Shown piece by piece: positions 25,500-38,205 of a stretch of 64,000 nucleotides of DNA. The DNA comes from Rhizodiscina lignyota (taxonomy: Eukaryota), in contig ML978135.1 in NCBI GenBank assembly GCA_010015805.1, positions 124,001-188,000 on the forward strand. The letters are read 5' to 3'. How positions within the stretch are numbered: the stretch's first letter is position 1; the number at the start of each line of letters is the position of its first letter. Both the position numbers and the translations under genes were made by a program. The notes below the pieces were generated by a model. That model worked only from the letters and a program-made list of their open reading frames with translations. It ran no database searches and was not told where the DNA came from.

Positions 25500-26230
25500 T
25501 TTGAAGCTTACTTTATAGTTGACTGGATGAAGGAATGAGGAATTAAGAAGAAAGTTGAGCCAATATGTCGAAATGAGAGTGTTACAGTAAAAGTAGCGCC
25601 TACCACTAACAGACTTAAGCTGGCCGCAGAGTGCAGTTTTACAAACCCATTGTGGTTCGACAAAGACTGCAAAGCCTGATGAAAAACAGTCTTTGTAGTG
25701 TAATTTCCACCACACGCTGTTCGGTAAAAGAGTGCCCCGGCGACCGATAAGGACGTTCTGATCGGTGTTTTGATGGTATAGTGCTAAGCGCACACTGCCG
25801 TTCTCCAGCGTGATGCCTCCGCAGTGAGTTCCGAACGCGCAAAGGTGGCAAATCAAAGCGCAACATTTCCTTCGGAGAGAAACTGCTTATTATTCTGCTT
25901 GGTGTCGTGTCGCGTGTCGCTCGAGTCTGTAGCAAGGGCCGTAGTGAGTCGCTCGGACCTCCTTGCTTCTGGCTGAGTCGGCACACCACCTCGTAATGCT
26001 GCAATCTCCTAGCCAACAGTAAAAAGAGTTTGCAAAATCTTCCGCGGCGTGTTCTACGAGCTGCACGCCGTGCATCAGTCGAGGTGTCCAGGGTGCATGC
26101 TAAGGCAACTCGACCTATAGCGCTATTTGCAGTCTCAAACAGTACCACGAAAGGCTTGTCCACAACATGTTATCAAATCGTCCGCCTAGACTGGTTAATT
26201 TCCGGAGCACGTGGTCCAGATAGTAGTATC

Positions 26231-26484
26231 CATTCTTCCACGCCCTCGATCGCTGGTGGCGGGGAGGACGCCCCTGGCTCGACAAACGTTGATCAACCCT
26301 ATAAACAAGTACTTAGTCTTGCATTCTTTCTACAGTCGACACTTTCACATTTTTTCACAGCCCGTATTCTTTCCCAGCCATTCCTTCAGTCCAACTCTTC
26401 ACGTTCCTTACCAAGACCAAAGCTTTTGAGACCTCAGCTGTAGCAGGAGGAATTTTTGCCACCTGCATTCCAAATCTACATTCC
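26231..26484 (+). promoter_or_regulatory. Five CATTCY (TEA/AbaA response) elements around a TATA box at 26300
   Basis: CATTCT at 26231 and 26322; CATTCC at 26379, 26466 and 26479; all immediately upstream of the TEA gene. Confidence 0.45.
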
Positions 26485-26504
26485 CTCTTTTGGCATTTGA
26501 GACG

Positions 26505-28569
26505 ATGATGGATCTACAGCGGGATGTATGCTTGCGGGTGCTGCCGTCGAATGCTCCGTTGCATTACGACATCGATGATGCAGAGTCGTCCAATCCGAAG
26601 GGAGTATTGCAAGAGCGATGTGGCAATCGTCAAGACGAGTACGCCGGCGTCGAGCAGTTGGCACGATATATGAAGCATGACTCCTCAATATACACCGAAG
26701 GTTCTACAGAGAACTACTACGGCTCTGCCAGGCATACTGGTTATCGCAATCACTCCGGCGGTCGGCATTACTCAAATGAAGAGACTAGGAAGAGAAAGGA
26801 AGTCGAGAAACTGTGGCACAGGTTGAACGCCTGTCCACAATATCGCAAGTATCGAGAGAAACAGAAAAACTCAAACGACAAGGAGCAGAAATGGCCGGAA
26901 AACATGGAACTGGTGTTCTGCAGAGGTATGAAACATCAACACCTAGACGGCACGGATGCTCACAGTTGATGTAGCTCTTGTAGAGCATCCGCCGATGGGC
27001 CGGAGGAAGTTAACGACAGAACCAGACACCAAGCTACAGGGCCGGAATGAACTCATCGCTGCCTTTATCCAGAGGGAGACGGGTGTGCAACGGGGGCGGA
27101 AGCAGGTGTCGAGTCATATACAAGTCTTGAAACCAATGGTCAAGCACGATCCATTCAGTAAGGCGCCTTCTGCTTGTCGATGAGTTTGTATCCATGGCTG
27201 ACGTCCGGCAGTCGTGCAATATTTGGCAGGAAATGAAGGAGAGGGTGGCCGCCGACATCGCTCAGCTTCAAGTATGATGCAACGCAGCCATCTCAGCTCA
27301 GCAATACATCCAAGCAATTTCCATCATCCTCAACCGTCCAGGCTGAGCTCGCAGTTCCGCAGCTCCTTCATGCCAGCAGCGATGAAGCTCGAACCGAAGA
27401 TCGAGAAATCAACGAGCGAGACCTTCCAGCCGTTACACTTTGAGATGTACGTCGCGGATACAAGGCAGAACCGTTCCTGTCATACGTTCTCAAGCTTCAG
27501 TGACTCGCCAAAGTTGGAAGATGTCAGACTTGAGGGAGACCGATCGTGGCACTGGCAGACCGCGTTCCCTTCGTTGGCAGAAACATATGGCAATGGACCA
27601 TTGCCGTGCCAGACAATGTTATTCGAAGCCACAGTAGCATTGCTTCCCAATGGTATCCCTCCAAACGCCGAGCTGAGGGTTGGGTTCGAGATTGAAACTC
27701 CACATGATGCGGCCAGACTGGACAACCTAAAGTGTCGAACAACATTCTACCAGAATGGTGATTTTCCCGAAGAGTACGAAAAGCCAGTCGGCATTGACAG
27801 GAGATACCCCAGATGGCAACTTTCTCTCGGCAGCGAGTTCTGGGCGCCCAAGGTTGCCGCGTGGCAGAAAGTTCTTCAAAAAGCAGATCCAAGTGATAGG
27901 CAGCTCGCAGAAAAAGAGGTTCAGGAGGCTTTGCAGTCTCTATCTGCCGTGCAAGAAATATATGCACCTTCGGACAGTCCACGGCAACGTGATGTTCTCC
28001 TCCTAATCTGCTGGAAGTTCGAGCTCGGTCGAGGGGGTCGGGGCAACACGACTTGGCGAAACGTTTTGAACGAACCTAGCAAGCCACAATTGAAGCCAGA
28101 AGCTGCAATCAGCCAGCTTTTTGCCGACCAGTCCGGTGCAGAGTATCAACAAGCTGTTAGTTCAACAGCCAACCTGTTCGAACATGGTGCATTCGACATT
28201 GGAGACTTGGCTAACGTTGCTCTTCCCGGTCTCCCAGCGGACCTCGAGCAGACAACCGTCGGGGAAGAGATGTATTCCGCAAATGGGATCGATTTTGGCA
28301 GCGGCAACATCCAGATTTGCCTTGATTCCGCGGTCCCGATCGAGGCGTATGCAGATGCGACTCAGGCATTCGACCAGTACCAGCAAGATCAACGGGCCGC
28401 GGATTGGGCGACTTCGTATCCCAATATATTCGACCAGGCGTATTCACATGTGGGGTTTGAGCCTCCTATTGAGCAGGGCAGAGAAGATGCTACACTCGGT
28501 GCACAAGACTTCTCAATGAGCCCAATGGCTCACATCCGCGCTGGGAGAGGAGTTTTGAGTGGGATTTAG
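26505..28569 (+). CDS. TEA/ATTS-domain transcription factor, AbaA/Tec1 family (introns 26926-26974 and 27158-27211)
   Basis: KWPENMELVFCRAL...MGRRK...GRNELIA...RGRKQVSSHIQVLK. Confidence 0.93.
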
Positions 28570-28958
28570 GTAGACGAACCAACCAGACGATATAGCTGCC
28601 TATGTATTAAGATCCCCATGAATGATGACATATATTTCCATCGAACTGCATGATTGAGAGACTCTCAGGACAAAAGAAGGCCTTCAGCATAGAAAGTCTG
28701 CTGCGTTCTCTTATCGGGACGGAGTTCTTGGAAGGAGGAAAAACGCGTCGACGAGCCGATGCCGCACTGCAGTTCCTGAAACGCGAAGCGCTAATTACAT
28801 AAGCCAGCCACGCCGCGGTGCGGCTCGCCGTTCTTCGCCGCCAGCTTTCGTAGTCCTCGACGCTTCAGTTTCTCTGGTGAGAAGAGAAATTCGAATAGGA
28901 ACTGTTCGTTGCTTTCGGAGATACAGTCTCATTGCTGAAGATTGTTAACCCTGTGAAG

Positions 28959-30383
28959 ATGGCAGACGAAGAGCAGTCGCCATCTGCGCCAGCCAAGGTC
29001 CTCAGCCGTATTTTGGAAGAGCTGGGCCTTATTTCGGTCTACAAGTCTGCGTTTGATACAAAACTGCTCATCTTTCAGCGGTTCATCAGATTGTTTGCAT
29101 ATGGCATGTCTACTTTGATCCTTGTGTCCTACCTTTCGGCCCTGGGTATCTCTGATACGCACATCGGTCTCTTCATGACGTTGACTCTCGCCGGAGATGT
29201 TATCATCAGTTTCCTGCTAACGCTCATCACGGACGGAGTCGGACGACGATGGATGTTAGCTCTTGGTGCAGTTCTTATGACTGGTAGCGGCGTGATCTTT
29301 GGGCTTGTGGGCAATTATTGGGTTCTCCTGGTGGCTGCGATCTTTGGGATCATCACTCCATCTGGAAACGAGATTGGACCGTTCCGCGCAATTGAGGAAT
29401 CAACGCTTGCCCATCTTTGTTCTTCAGCTGTGAGGGCCGATATATTCGCCTGGTACTCATTGGTCGGCTCCGCTGGAACGGCCTGTGGGATGATGACTTG
29501 TGGCTGGGTGGTCAACACACTCAAGTCCAAGGAATACTGGAGCGACGTGCAAGCTTACCGCCTTATTTTCCTGGCGTATGGTGCTATTGGCGTGATCAAA
29601 CTGGCTCTGGCACTGTCACTCAGCAAGAAATGCGAGGCAGATCCGGAACCAAAGCCTGTGCAAGACTCGGAAGAAGCTCCGCTTCTTGGGAACGGAAACG
29701 AAAGCTCAGAACCGCGTCCAAAACCTAAGAAACCTCGCAAACCACTTTTCCCTCATATCAGTGAGGAAAGTAGAAGCATATTCATCAAGCTCGCACTCCT
29801 GTTTGCGCTCGATTCGTTCGCGTCCGGATTGGCCCCTCTATCGTGGACGACTAACTTCTTCCGCCGCAAGTTCAACCTTGCAGAGGGCTATCTTGGCTCC
29901 TTGTTCTTTACAACGTCCATCATCGCCGCACTTTCAGTCCTTGTCGCTGCGTCATTGGCAAGACGTATCGGAAACGTCAAAACGATGGTTTTCACGCATT
30001 TACCTTCTGCCATTGCCCTTGCGCTGCTCGGCATTCCAAATTCGCTCCCTGCGGCAATGGTTCTGCTTGTATTCCGTGCTTGCACCCAATCCATGGATGT
30101 TGCACCACGAAGTGCCTTCCTGGCAGCGGTGTTGTTGCCCAATGAACGAACAGCAGTCATGGGGGCAATCAATGTGATCAAGACGGCCACGCAGAGTATT
30201 GGACCCCTCATTACTGGTGTTCTGGTGAGCAAAAATCTCTTCTGGGTGGCTTTCCTTATGGCAGGAAGCTTGAAAGCGGTGTACGACCTCAGTATACTCG
30301 CTGTTTTCGTCAACCATCAGACGCGAGAGGAGCGGGAGGCACAAGAAGAAGCTCGAGAACAAGCTGCACAGTCTCAGGGATAG
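28959..30383 (+). CDS. MFS transporter, substrate unknown
   Basis: About 12 hydrophobic segments; motif A-like TDGVGRR; PSGNEIGPF; ARRIGNVKTMVFTHLPS. Confidence 0.9.
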   Translation: MADEEQSPSAPAKVLSRILEELGLISVYKSAFDTKLLIFQRFIRLFAYGMSTLILVSYLSALGISDTHIGLFMTLTLAGDVIISFLLTLITDGVGRRWMLALGAVLMTGSGVIFGLVGNYWVLLVAAIFGIITPSGNEIGPFRAIEESTLAHLCSSAVRADIFAWYSLVGSAGTACGMMTCGWVVNTLKSKEYWSDVQAYRLIFLAYGAIGVIKLALALSLSKKCEADPEPKPVQDSEEAPLLGNGNESSEPRPKPKKPRKPLFPHISEESRSIFIKLALLFALDSFASGLAPLSWTTNFFRRKFNLAEGYLGSLFFTTSIIAALSVLVAASLARRIGNVKTMVFTHLPSAIALALLGIPNSLPAAMVLLVFRACTQSMDVAPRSAFLAAVLLPNERTAVMGAINVIKTATQSIGPLITGVLVSKNLFWVAFLMAGSLKAVYDLSILAVFVNHQTREEREAQEEAREQAAQSQG

Positions 30384-30727
30384 GGGCGTTGAACGGGCAG
30401 CTCGAAAATGTAAAGGGGAATAGAAATGGAGTATACGAATTGTATATTTAATTCTTGAGCATAACTTTAGTTTAAGTACCTTTTCGAGGTTGTTTATTCA
30501 AAGGGGTCAGTTAGTTAAAGTCGATTGATTTGAAACCTCCGAGAACGCCGCATCAGCCACAAAATCTGTGAATTTGAACGCGTGGCTCAGCCTCGCCATT
30601 GCGCGACTTCCACCAACGCCCCTCCATAGTCCTTTAGGAAGAAGTGGACCACTCCTCACAACCATCCTACAATGTTGAGCATAGGATAGATCCTCTCGAG
30701 AACACATACCGCACCACCCGGCCTCAA

Positions 30728-33118
30728 ATGTCGTCACCAGCGCCCAGCGGCGCCGATGCGCGCTCTGCAAATGGAGCTGCAACCGGCCCAGAAGCAAATG
30801 TCGAACTCAAAGATATGAACACTGAGCAGAAGAAGCTGCCGATAGAAGAGGATATTATGCAACTGGCGAGACTTGGGGAGATTGGTGCCATCCAGAAGCT
30901 GTTCGACAGCGGAAAGTTCGACGCGACATATCGCGATGATCAAGGCATCACCCCTTTACATGTGCGTTAGACTTGGCTATGAGAATCAAAGCTGTTGACT
31001 GATATTTCATCTTAGTGGGCGGCAATAAACGGACACTATGCGCTGTGCCATTTCTTGATCCAAGCCGGGGCTCCGATCAATGCGAAAGGCGGCGATGCCG
31101 TTGCTACTCCAGTGCTATGGGCTGCAAAGCGCTGCAATTACTACATCGTGAACCTCCTCCTTCAGCACGGCGCCGACCCTCTCCTTACCGATGACCAAGG
31201 TTTCAACCTCCTTCACTCCGCGACGCTCGACGGCAACGTCTTCCAGCTGGCGCTGCTCCTACACCAAGACATTCCCGTAGACATACCAGACAGCCAAGGG
31301 CATACAAGCTTGATGTGGGCTGCATACAAGGGCTATCCTGCATGCGTGGATGTACTACTGAACTGGGGCGCCAACGTATACGCAAGAGACGATAACGGCT
31401 TCACCGCCTTGCACTGGGCGTTGGTGAAGGGTGGACTCCACGCTATTCAAAAGCTGATCGAGTATGGATCAGACCGTTTTGCAGAAACGAATGAAGGCAA
31501 AACTCCTGCAACTGTTGCGAAGGAGATGAATTCTCTGCGGCAATGGCAGCGAGCGCTCTCAGATGGCGGCTACAATCCAGACGGCAGCGCAAGAAGCTTC
31601 CCTCTTTCTTCTATTGTGAAGGACAGAAGGTGGTTCTTGTCCAGATTCTTCTTCCTTTGGCCAACCGTTATCCTCTTCATCGTCTTGAACATTATGAGTC
31701 ACATGGTGATTTACCTGTCTATACCCATCTCCCTTTTTGTCGCGTATTTTCTTCAATGGGTTGCGCAGCAGGCGTTGCGATGGACACCACCTGATATGAA
31801 AGGTTTACATAAAACCGTTAGTCTCCCAGATCCATCATTTTTGAACCCTGCTAACGAATAAACAGCCGTTCCTTTCTGGTGTATTTGCGGGCACATTGTT
31901 TTGGGTCTGGGTTCGATGGCTGACGAAGCTTATGCCTTGTATGTCCCTCTTGTAACCTATTAGTTTCGATTCACTGATATTGATGTAGGGACGATATTTT
32001 CCGCGCCTCTCTTAAACGTTATATTTGGCGTTTCCATCGCACTCTGTACATATTTCTACTTCTTGACCATGGTCGAAGACCCCGGGTATGTCCCCAAGTC
32101 CGGAAGCCGGAATCAACAGAAGGCTGTCATAGACGATCTGCTAGAGGCGCAGAAGTTCGATGAACAGAATTTCTGCATCCCGTGTATGGTCCGTCGACCA
32201 CTTCGAAGCAAGCATTGCAAGCGGTGCAACCGCTGTGTTGCAAAACATGATCAGTCAGTCATCTCCTGTTATTCTAGTTCAATTTTGCTAACCTTTTGCA
32301 GTCACTGCCCTTGGGTCGACAATTGCATTGGCATAAATAACCATCGTCACTTCGTGCTCTATGTCCTCACTATGGAAATCGGTGTCGTCGTCCTCGTCTG
32401 GCTTACGCTATCTTGTATGATGATCATTACCTACCGTTTCCGAAGGGAACTTTCACGCTAACATATGGTAGATCTTGATGCCCTCCCGGCTCCAGTAAAC
32501 GTGCAGTGCAACGTTATCAGCAATGAGCTTTGTACAATACTCAATAAGGACCCTTACACCATCGTGCTCGTCATCTGGAGTATACTTCAGCTCACCTGGG
32601 TGACTATGCTCCTCTTTGTACAGCTGGTTCAGATTGGTCGGGCTCAGACTACTTTCGAGAGCATGAGACGCCACATGCACGGGAACAGTGCAGCAGACGC
32701 TTTCACAACCTTTGCAACGACAGGTACAACATCTCTTGCGGAAGCCGAACTCACAAGCTCGGATCGCGGTCCTGATCCAGCCGCTCCTCGCGCTGCGAAG
32801 AAAGAAGGCTGTTGGGGCCAGTGGAAGAGGCTACTTGGAGTAGATACCTTCATGGCCACCGCGATCCACGGCAGCAACGCGCAGGCCGTCATGCAAAGAC
32901 AACGGCAAAACCCGTTCACGAGGGGTATGTTGACGAATTGCAAGGATTTCTGGTGCGATCCGGCGCCGCTCTTTAGGAAGAGAGAGATGGGTCAGGCGAT
33001 GCTAGACGGTGAGAGGGTGGATTACACCAAAATGTACGTAGCTCCGCCGCGCATGGTGATGAGGCCCGGAGGGGAAGGAGGACGATATGCTGCTGTGGAT
33101 GGTGATGAGAATGTATAG
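30728..33118 (+). CDS. AKR1: Palmitoyltransferase Akr1 (ankyrin repeats + DHHC; introns 30962-31015, 31817-31865, 31939-31988, 32254-32301, 32415-32471)
   Basis: Ankyrin repeats followed by TM segments, [38 protein letters not shown] (DHHC spans an intron), TTFE and NPF motifs. Confidence 0.96.
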
Positions 33119-33722
33119 CTCGCACTCTGTTTTATTGTGAAACGGTTATTTTTGGATAGCCTTTAGCATGGCGTCGGCAGGAAGGAAATGTTTACTTCCT
33201 TGTGTATTACGTAGATATTGCCTCAAAACCTTGCGCTGTATATCCACCACGGACGACAAAAGATGGCATAGAAGTGATCGGGACAGGTATCGGGCACATG
33301 ACCGAGTCTTTACGAGGGGCCCGGGATCCGAAGCCACCCAATTATAGGTGTGACCCACCCAGAAGCGGGTTGAGGCCATCAGCCCTCACCCGAACTTCAT
33401 CATTACCATCATCACGGCATTAATAATCTTGACTCGATCTCCTATACTCTGATATAACAGCATAGCTCTCAACAGCACAAAGGTAATTTGACTTGCGCCT
33501 GTAGCCTCGCAGTCTCGACGACAACCTATTGGTACTTAAATGCGGAGTACTGCGTATGCATGTGCCCATCTGCAATATGCGTCATTCAGCTCAGCCTCAT
33601 CAGCCTCGCGATAATTGCTTTCTAGCCTAACGGTAGTTTATTACGCAAAGACTCTTTTCTTCCTCTTTTCATCTTTCAATTTGTGCCATGCTACGGACAG
33701 CTGCCGCTTATCATATAGCAGA

Positions 33723-36179
33723 ATGGATCCACTCTCTCTCACAGCGAGCATTATCGCGGTTGCTGGTTTCGCCACCCAGTTAATCAAATTGATCAAAACA
33801 ATTCAACACGCCCCGACCGAACTTCTATCCATCTCCAACTCACTTGAAGAGCTCCAACTTGTACTTGCGCAGTGCGAACAAGCTATCGACGGACCAGAAA
33901 GCAATGGATCCGCTCCTGGCCCTGCAACAGAAATTTACGGCGTACTGGAGAGGGCAAAGCAGCAAATCGATCAGGCTAAGGCACTTGTATCCTCGTGTAT
34001 CATGCCGTCGAGATCACGTACTTCGCGTGTCCTTTCACATTACAATTGGTTGAAGACGAAAGAGGCCGTGTTGCGGCTGCAGTGCCAGCTTCAAGACTCT
34101 AAGCAGCACCTCGCTCTCGTACTCGGTGGCATTGGGGTGTCATACACTAGGGAGATTCATATGATGCTCAGCAGTTTCTCTACTGGTACAGAGCGATTTC
34201 AAGCTGAACAGTCACAAAGAGACGATATGATGCTGGCGAGCATGAACGAGCAAAAGATGCTATTTCAACAATTGATCACTACATACGGCGACCGCACTCC
34301 CACCCCTCAACGTTTGCGGACTCGGCATCTCTCCAGATCACAGACTCTTGAGAATACAGTATTAGAGGCTCAGCAAACACCCATTATCGCTCTAAACACC
34401 GTAAGAGCAAGTGGTTGGCGCGCAAGAATAGTATGTCGGCCAGAGTGCCATTGTCGTTGTCACGTTAGGCAAATGTTCAAGATACCGGGGCGACTCCAGA
34501 TACTCTTTGGCGGCCTTTCTGTGGGATACAGCGGGGTTCCGTGGATAACATCTTCTTGCACGGATGATGGATGTCAACAGGATACCCGCCTCGCCGTGAA
34601 CTATCATTTCCCGGCATGGCTATGGCGCAAAGCAGTTTTCGCCTCCATCATCTCCACAGCACTTGCTGGCCCAGAACTGCTCCTAAGAGTCCAGACAACC
34701 ATTCCACATAGCTGTGAAGCCATCAATTGCTGTTATTGGGGCGATATAGACAGACTTCGGCAGCTTTTTGCGGAACGGAAAGCATCCCCGTTTGACTGCA
34801 CTCCAAAAGGACGGTCCCTGCTCTATTTCGCAGTTATGTTAAGAAAATTGAACATTTGTCAACTGCTCATCACTGCCGGAGCAGACGTATATCGAGAAGA
34901 TGCTGTGGGATACAGCCCCATCGACCTTGCGTGGGATATTCGTCGAGAAGCCAAACCCACAAATTCGGACCCTAGTTTCATAGACGCTGTACCCAGTCTT
35001 TTCCCTCCGGATGAAGATCGTCATTCGCAACGTGGATTCAGTCACCTGCACAGGCGGTTGTTGAACTCCCCAAAGCCTGGTTTGGAGGATGAGCTCTGTT
35101 GCTTGCCCAAGGATGCAATCAATTGCACTGACGATCTTGGACGGACGCCTCTCTATCTTGCAGCTAAGCGCAATGATGTCCAGGCCGTTTCCTCTTTGCT
35201 CAGATTTGGAGCAAACCCCAATATATGTACCACTCTCCGCAACAAACACAGATCAACGTTTGACCCGTTCTCTAGCGCAATGCATGCTGCTGCTAGCTTT
35301 GGCCACTTTGACGTCCTACGCCACTTGATAAAGTTTGGAGCTGATCCCAATCTGAGATGCGAATCTCGCAGTACGCCCTTACACCATGTCAGAGATGGAA
35401 GATGTTGCGAGCTCCTCCTTCGTTCTGGAGCTGATATCGAAGCTAAATCTGGTTTTGACCGCACACCACTTATGTCTGCGGCGGGACACCCGGATAAGCT
35501 TGAAACACTCCAGGTGCTATTAGAACACGGCGCGAGCCTTGCTGCAAGGCACAATCATGGGTTAACGGCGCTCATGTTGGCTTCGACAGGAGCCGCGGAG
35601 TTGTTGTTGCAGTATGATTCCGACATCAATGCTTTATGTCCTGACCGCCGTTCTGCTTTAATGCAGGCTATTAGATATTCGCGGGGACCTAAGCTAATCC
35701 GACTACTACTAAGACATGGCGCCGATTATTTAATCGAGGATCGTCGGGGTCAGTCTGTGCTTCACTTAGCCGCGGAATGGGGTACAGTTGAAACGCTTAA
35801 GGTTTTGGCAACCTCAAATCTCAAGGGATTGAACACTGAAAGGCTTGATAACGACGGTAACACAGCAAGAGATCTTGCTGATGCACGTTTACTCAGACCA
35901 AGATACTCCAAGAATCTTGGATGGGCACCGACTTATGGCATAAATGGCAAAAGAGGTGGGGGAGCGCATACTCCATATCAATGGCGAAGAGCATTCGACA
36001 AGCTTCTCGATTCGATCGAACGGAACAACCTGGGAGAAAACAGCATTTACGGCGGGATGCAGCTACTCTTCGCACCGGAAGACGTGTACGAAACAATTAG
36101 CGAGGTGGATGAAAGGAGCTTGGATGACGAGGGTGGCGATGATGATGTCTTCGTTGATGCTCTAGAGAGCCCTGAATGA
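33723..36179 (+). CDS. HeLo-like/fungal STAND N-terminal domain plus ankyrin repeats, no NACHT/NB-ARC
   Basis: MDPLSLTASIIAVAGF N-terminal helix, a helical domain, CRPECHCRCH motif and roughly ten ankyrin-like repeats; no Walker A seen; intronless. Confidence 0.85.
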   Translation: MDPLSLTASIIAVAGFATQLIKLIKTIQHAPTELLSISNSLEELQLVLAQCEQAIDGPESNGSAPGPATEIYGVLERAKQQIDQAKALVSSCIMPSRSRTSRVLSHYNWLKTKEAVLRLQCQLQDSKQHLALVLGGIGVSYTREIHMMLSSFSTGTERFQAEQSQRDDMMLASMNEQKMLFQQLITTYGDRTPTPQRLRTRHLSRSQTLENTVLEAQQTPIIALNTVRASGWRARIVCRPECHCRCHVRQMFKIPGRLQILFGGLSVGYSGVPWITSSCTDDGCQQDTRLAVNYHFPAWLWRKAVFASIISTALAGPELLLRVQTTIPHSCEAINCCYWGDIDRLRQLFAERKASPFDCTPKGRSLLYFAVMLRKLNICQLLITAGADVYREDAVGYSPIDLAWDIRREAKPTNSDPSFIDAVPSLFPPDEDRHSQRGFSHLHRRLLNSPKPGLEDELCCLPKDAINCTDDLGRTPLYLAAKRNDVQAVSSLLRFGANPNICTTLRNKHRSTFDPFSSAMHAAASFGHFDVLRHLIKFGADPNLRCESRSTPLHHVRDGRCCELLLRSGADIEAKSGFDRTPLMSAAGHPDKLETLQVLLEHGASLAARHNHGLTALMLASTGAAELLLQYDSDINALCPDRRSALMQAIRYSRGPKLIRLLLRHGADYLIEDRRGQSVLHLAAEWGTVETLKVLATSNLKGLNTERLDNDGNTARDLADARLLRPRYSKNLGWAPTYGINGKRGGGAHTPYQWRRAFDKLLDSIERNNLGENSIYGGMQLLFAPEDVYETISEVDERSLDDEGGDDDVFVDALESPE

Positions 36180-36537
36180 GCTTGAAGATCGCATGTGGTG
36201 CGCAACAAATCATTCTGATATCCTGCATACAAAGATTTGCTGTGCAACTGTCGGAGTTCCGATCGAGAGCGAAGTAAGCTGCTTCAATGTCAAGTTTGTA
36301 GACTTGAAGAAAGAAAAGAGATCAAGAAGGAATGAAGAGTATAGGGATGAGGCTTATACTTGGTTACTGCAAAGAGATTGCGACGCTCAGTCATTCCAAT
36401 CATACGGAAGATCAGAGAATATGGACTATTGGGCACAAGCAGCAGAAGAAGAACGCCCTTTAATTGTCACGCCGAGAGGTGATGCGGCGTATATGTTCAT
36501 TAGCTCAATCGAAACCATGAACTAGGACTGAATGCTT

Positions 36538-38205
36538 TTAGACAGCCATGTTGATGCTGATCGTCTTCTCCTGCAAGTACGCCATAATGCCAGCCTTACC
36601 CAGCTCACGGCCATACCCAGACTGCTTGTAGCCGCCAAAGGGCGTTATGGCGCTCGGGAAGGCCACAGCGTTGACCCCGACAGTGCCAGCTCTGATCTTC
36701 GAAGCCACACGAAGCGCTCTAGAGACGCTGGCGGTATAGACCGCAGCTGTGATTGACCTGTCAACAAGATCCGCGGACCAAAGGAATCCTGGAGAACTCA
36801 CATGCAAGGCCATATGCCGTGTCATTTGCAAGCTTAATGGCTTCTTCTTCAGTCTCGAATGTCTTGATGTTCAAGACTGGGCCAAAGATCTCTTCTCGGT
36901 AGATCTTTGCATCTTCCTTTGGATTCAGGAAAATCGTCGGCTGCACAAAGAAACCCTTCTGCCCTTCGATCTTGTCTCCTCCGACGAGGAGCTCGGCACC
37001 AGATTCAGATTTTCCAGACTGGATGAAAGACATGACGCGGTCGTACTGAAGCTTGTCTGCAAGAGGGCCAAGCATGGTCGTCGGCTCCTTCGGGTTTTGG
37101 AATGCTCCTTCGGCGCCTTTGAACGCTCCTTTGAGTGCCTCGATGAACTTGTCTGCGATCGATTTCTGGACGAATACTCGAGACGTTGCCGCACAAACCT
37201 GAGAAGTATTCATCAGGAACATTTGCGAGTTTCTATCAAGTTGTTCGTCAGCCAAAACAGCTTTGCGAAACATACCATTTTCAGCTTACTGGGAGATAGC
37301 ATTCTCGATGTTAGCGTCCTCGAAAACCACTGCAGGGCTCTTGCCGCCCAGTTCCAGTGTCACCTTCTTAAGATTGCTCTTTGCAGCTGCATCCTGGACT
37401 TTGCGGCCAGTGATTCCGGACCCGGTGAAGCTGATCTTGTCAATATCCATGTGAGCCGAGAGCAACTGACCGGTTGAACCGCCGCCGGAGACGAAATTGA
37501 CGACGCCTGGTGGGAATCCTGCCTCCTTGTACAATTCGGCAACAATCAGCGGTGTAAAAGGAGCCTTCTCGGACGATTTGAAGACGAATGTGTTTCCAGC
37601 CGCGAGAGCTGGAGCCATTTTCCATCCGAGGTAGAGAGCGGTCGCATTCCTAGCTTTGAATGAGAATACAGCAACGTGAATTGATCGAAGTGCAAACAAA
37701 CCAAGCAGCAATGCCCGCACAGACACCAAATGGTTCATATTGGACGATCCTGTAGGTCCCATCTTCCTCTTTGTAGCTTTCTCCGGCAACCTTGTCAGTC
37801 CAGCCTGCGTAGTACCTGTAAGTTGCGACGCAAGCTCCGACAATCATCTTTGCAAAAGCAACCGGCTGGCCAATGCTTTCTGCCTCGATTTGAGCGATCT
37901 CATCAGCCTTAGTTTGAATTAGATCTGCAAACTTCAATAGGCATTGAGCACGCTGGGCTGCTGTGAAGGTCGGCCACGGTCCAGTTTCGAAAGCCTTTCG
38001 AGCGGCAGCCACGGCAGAGTCGACAACTTGCTCATCTGCTACAGGAACTGTTCCGACGACACTTTCATCATATGGAGAGTGGAGCGTAATAGTCTCCTTT
38101 GCATCGGACTCAACGAACTACGAGGAAACGTTAATTAAGAATCTGATAAGCAGAGACGTAGAACTGAACCTCATTGTTGATCCAGTGTCGAGATTCAGGA
38201 GCCAT
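36538..38205 (-). CDS. NAD(P)-dependent aldehyde dehydrogenase (introns 38118-38169, 37650-37701, 37233-37289, 36747-36801)
   Basis: AWN, SFTGS, LELGGKSP, catalytic QVCAA, EEIFGP and PFGGYKQSGYGRE. Confidence 0.96.
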
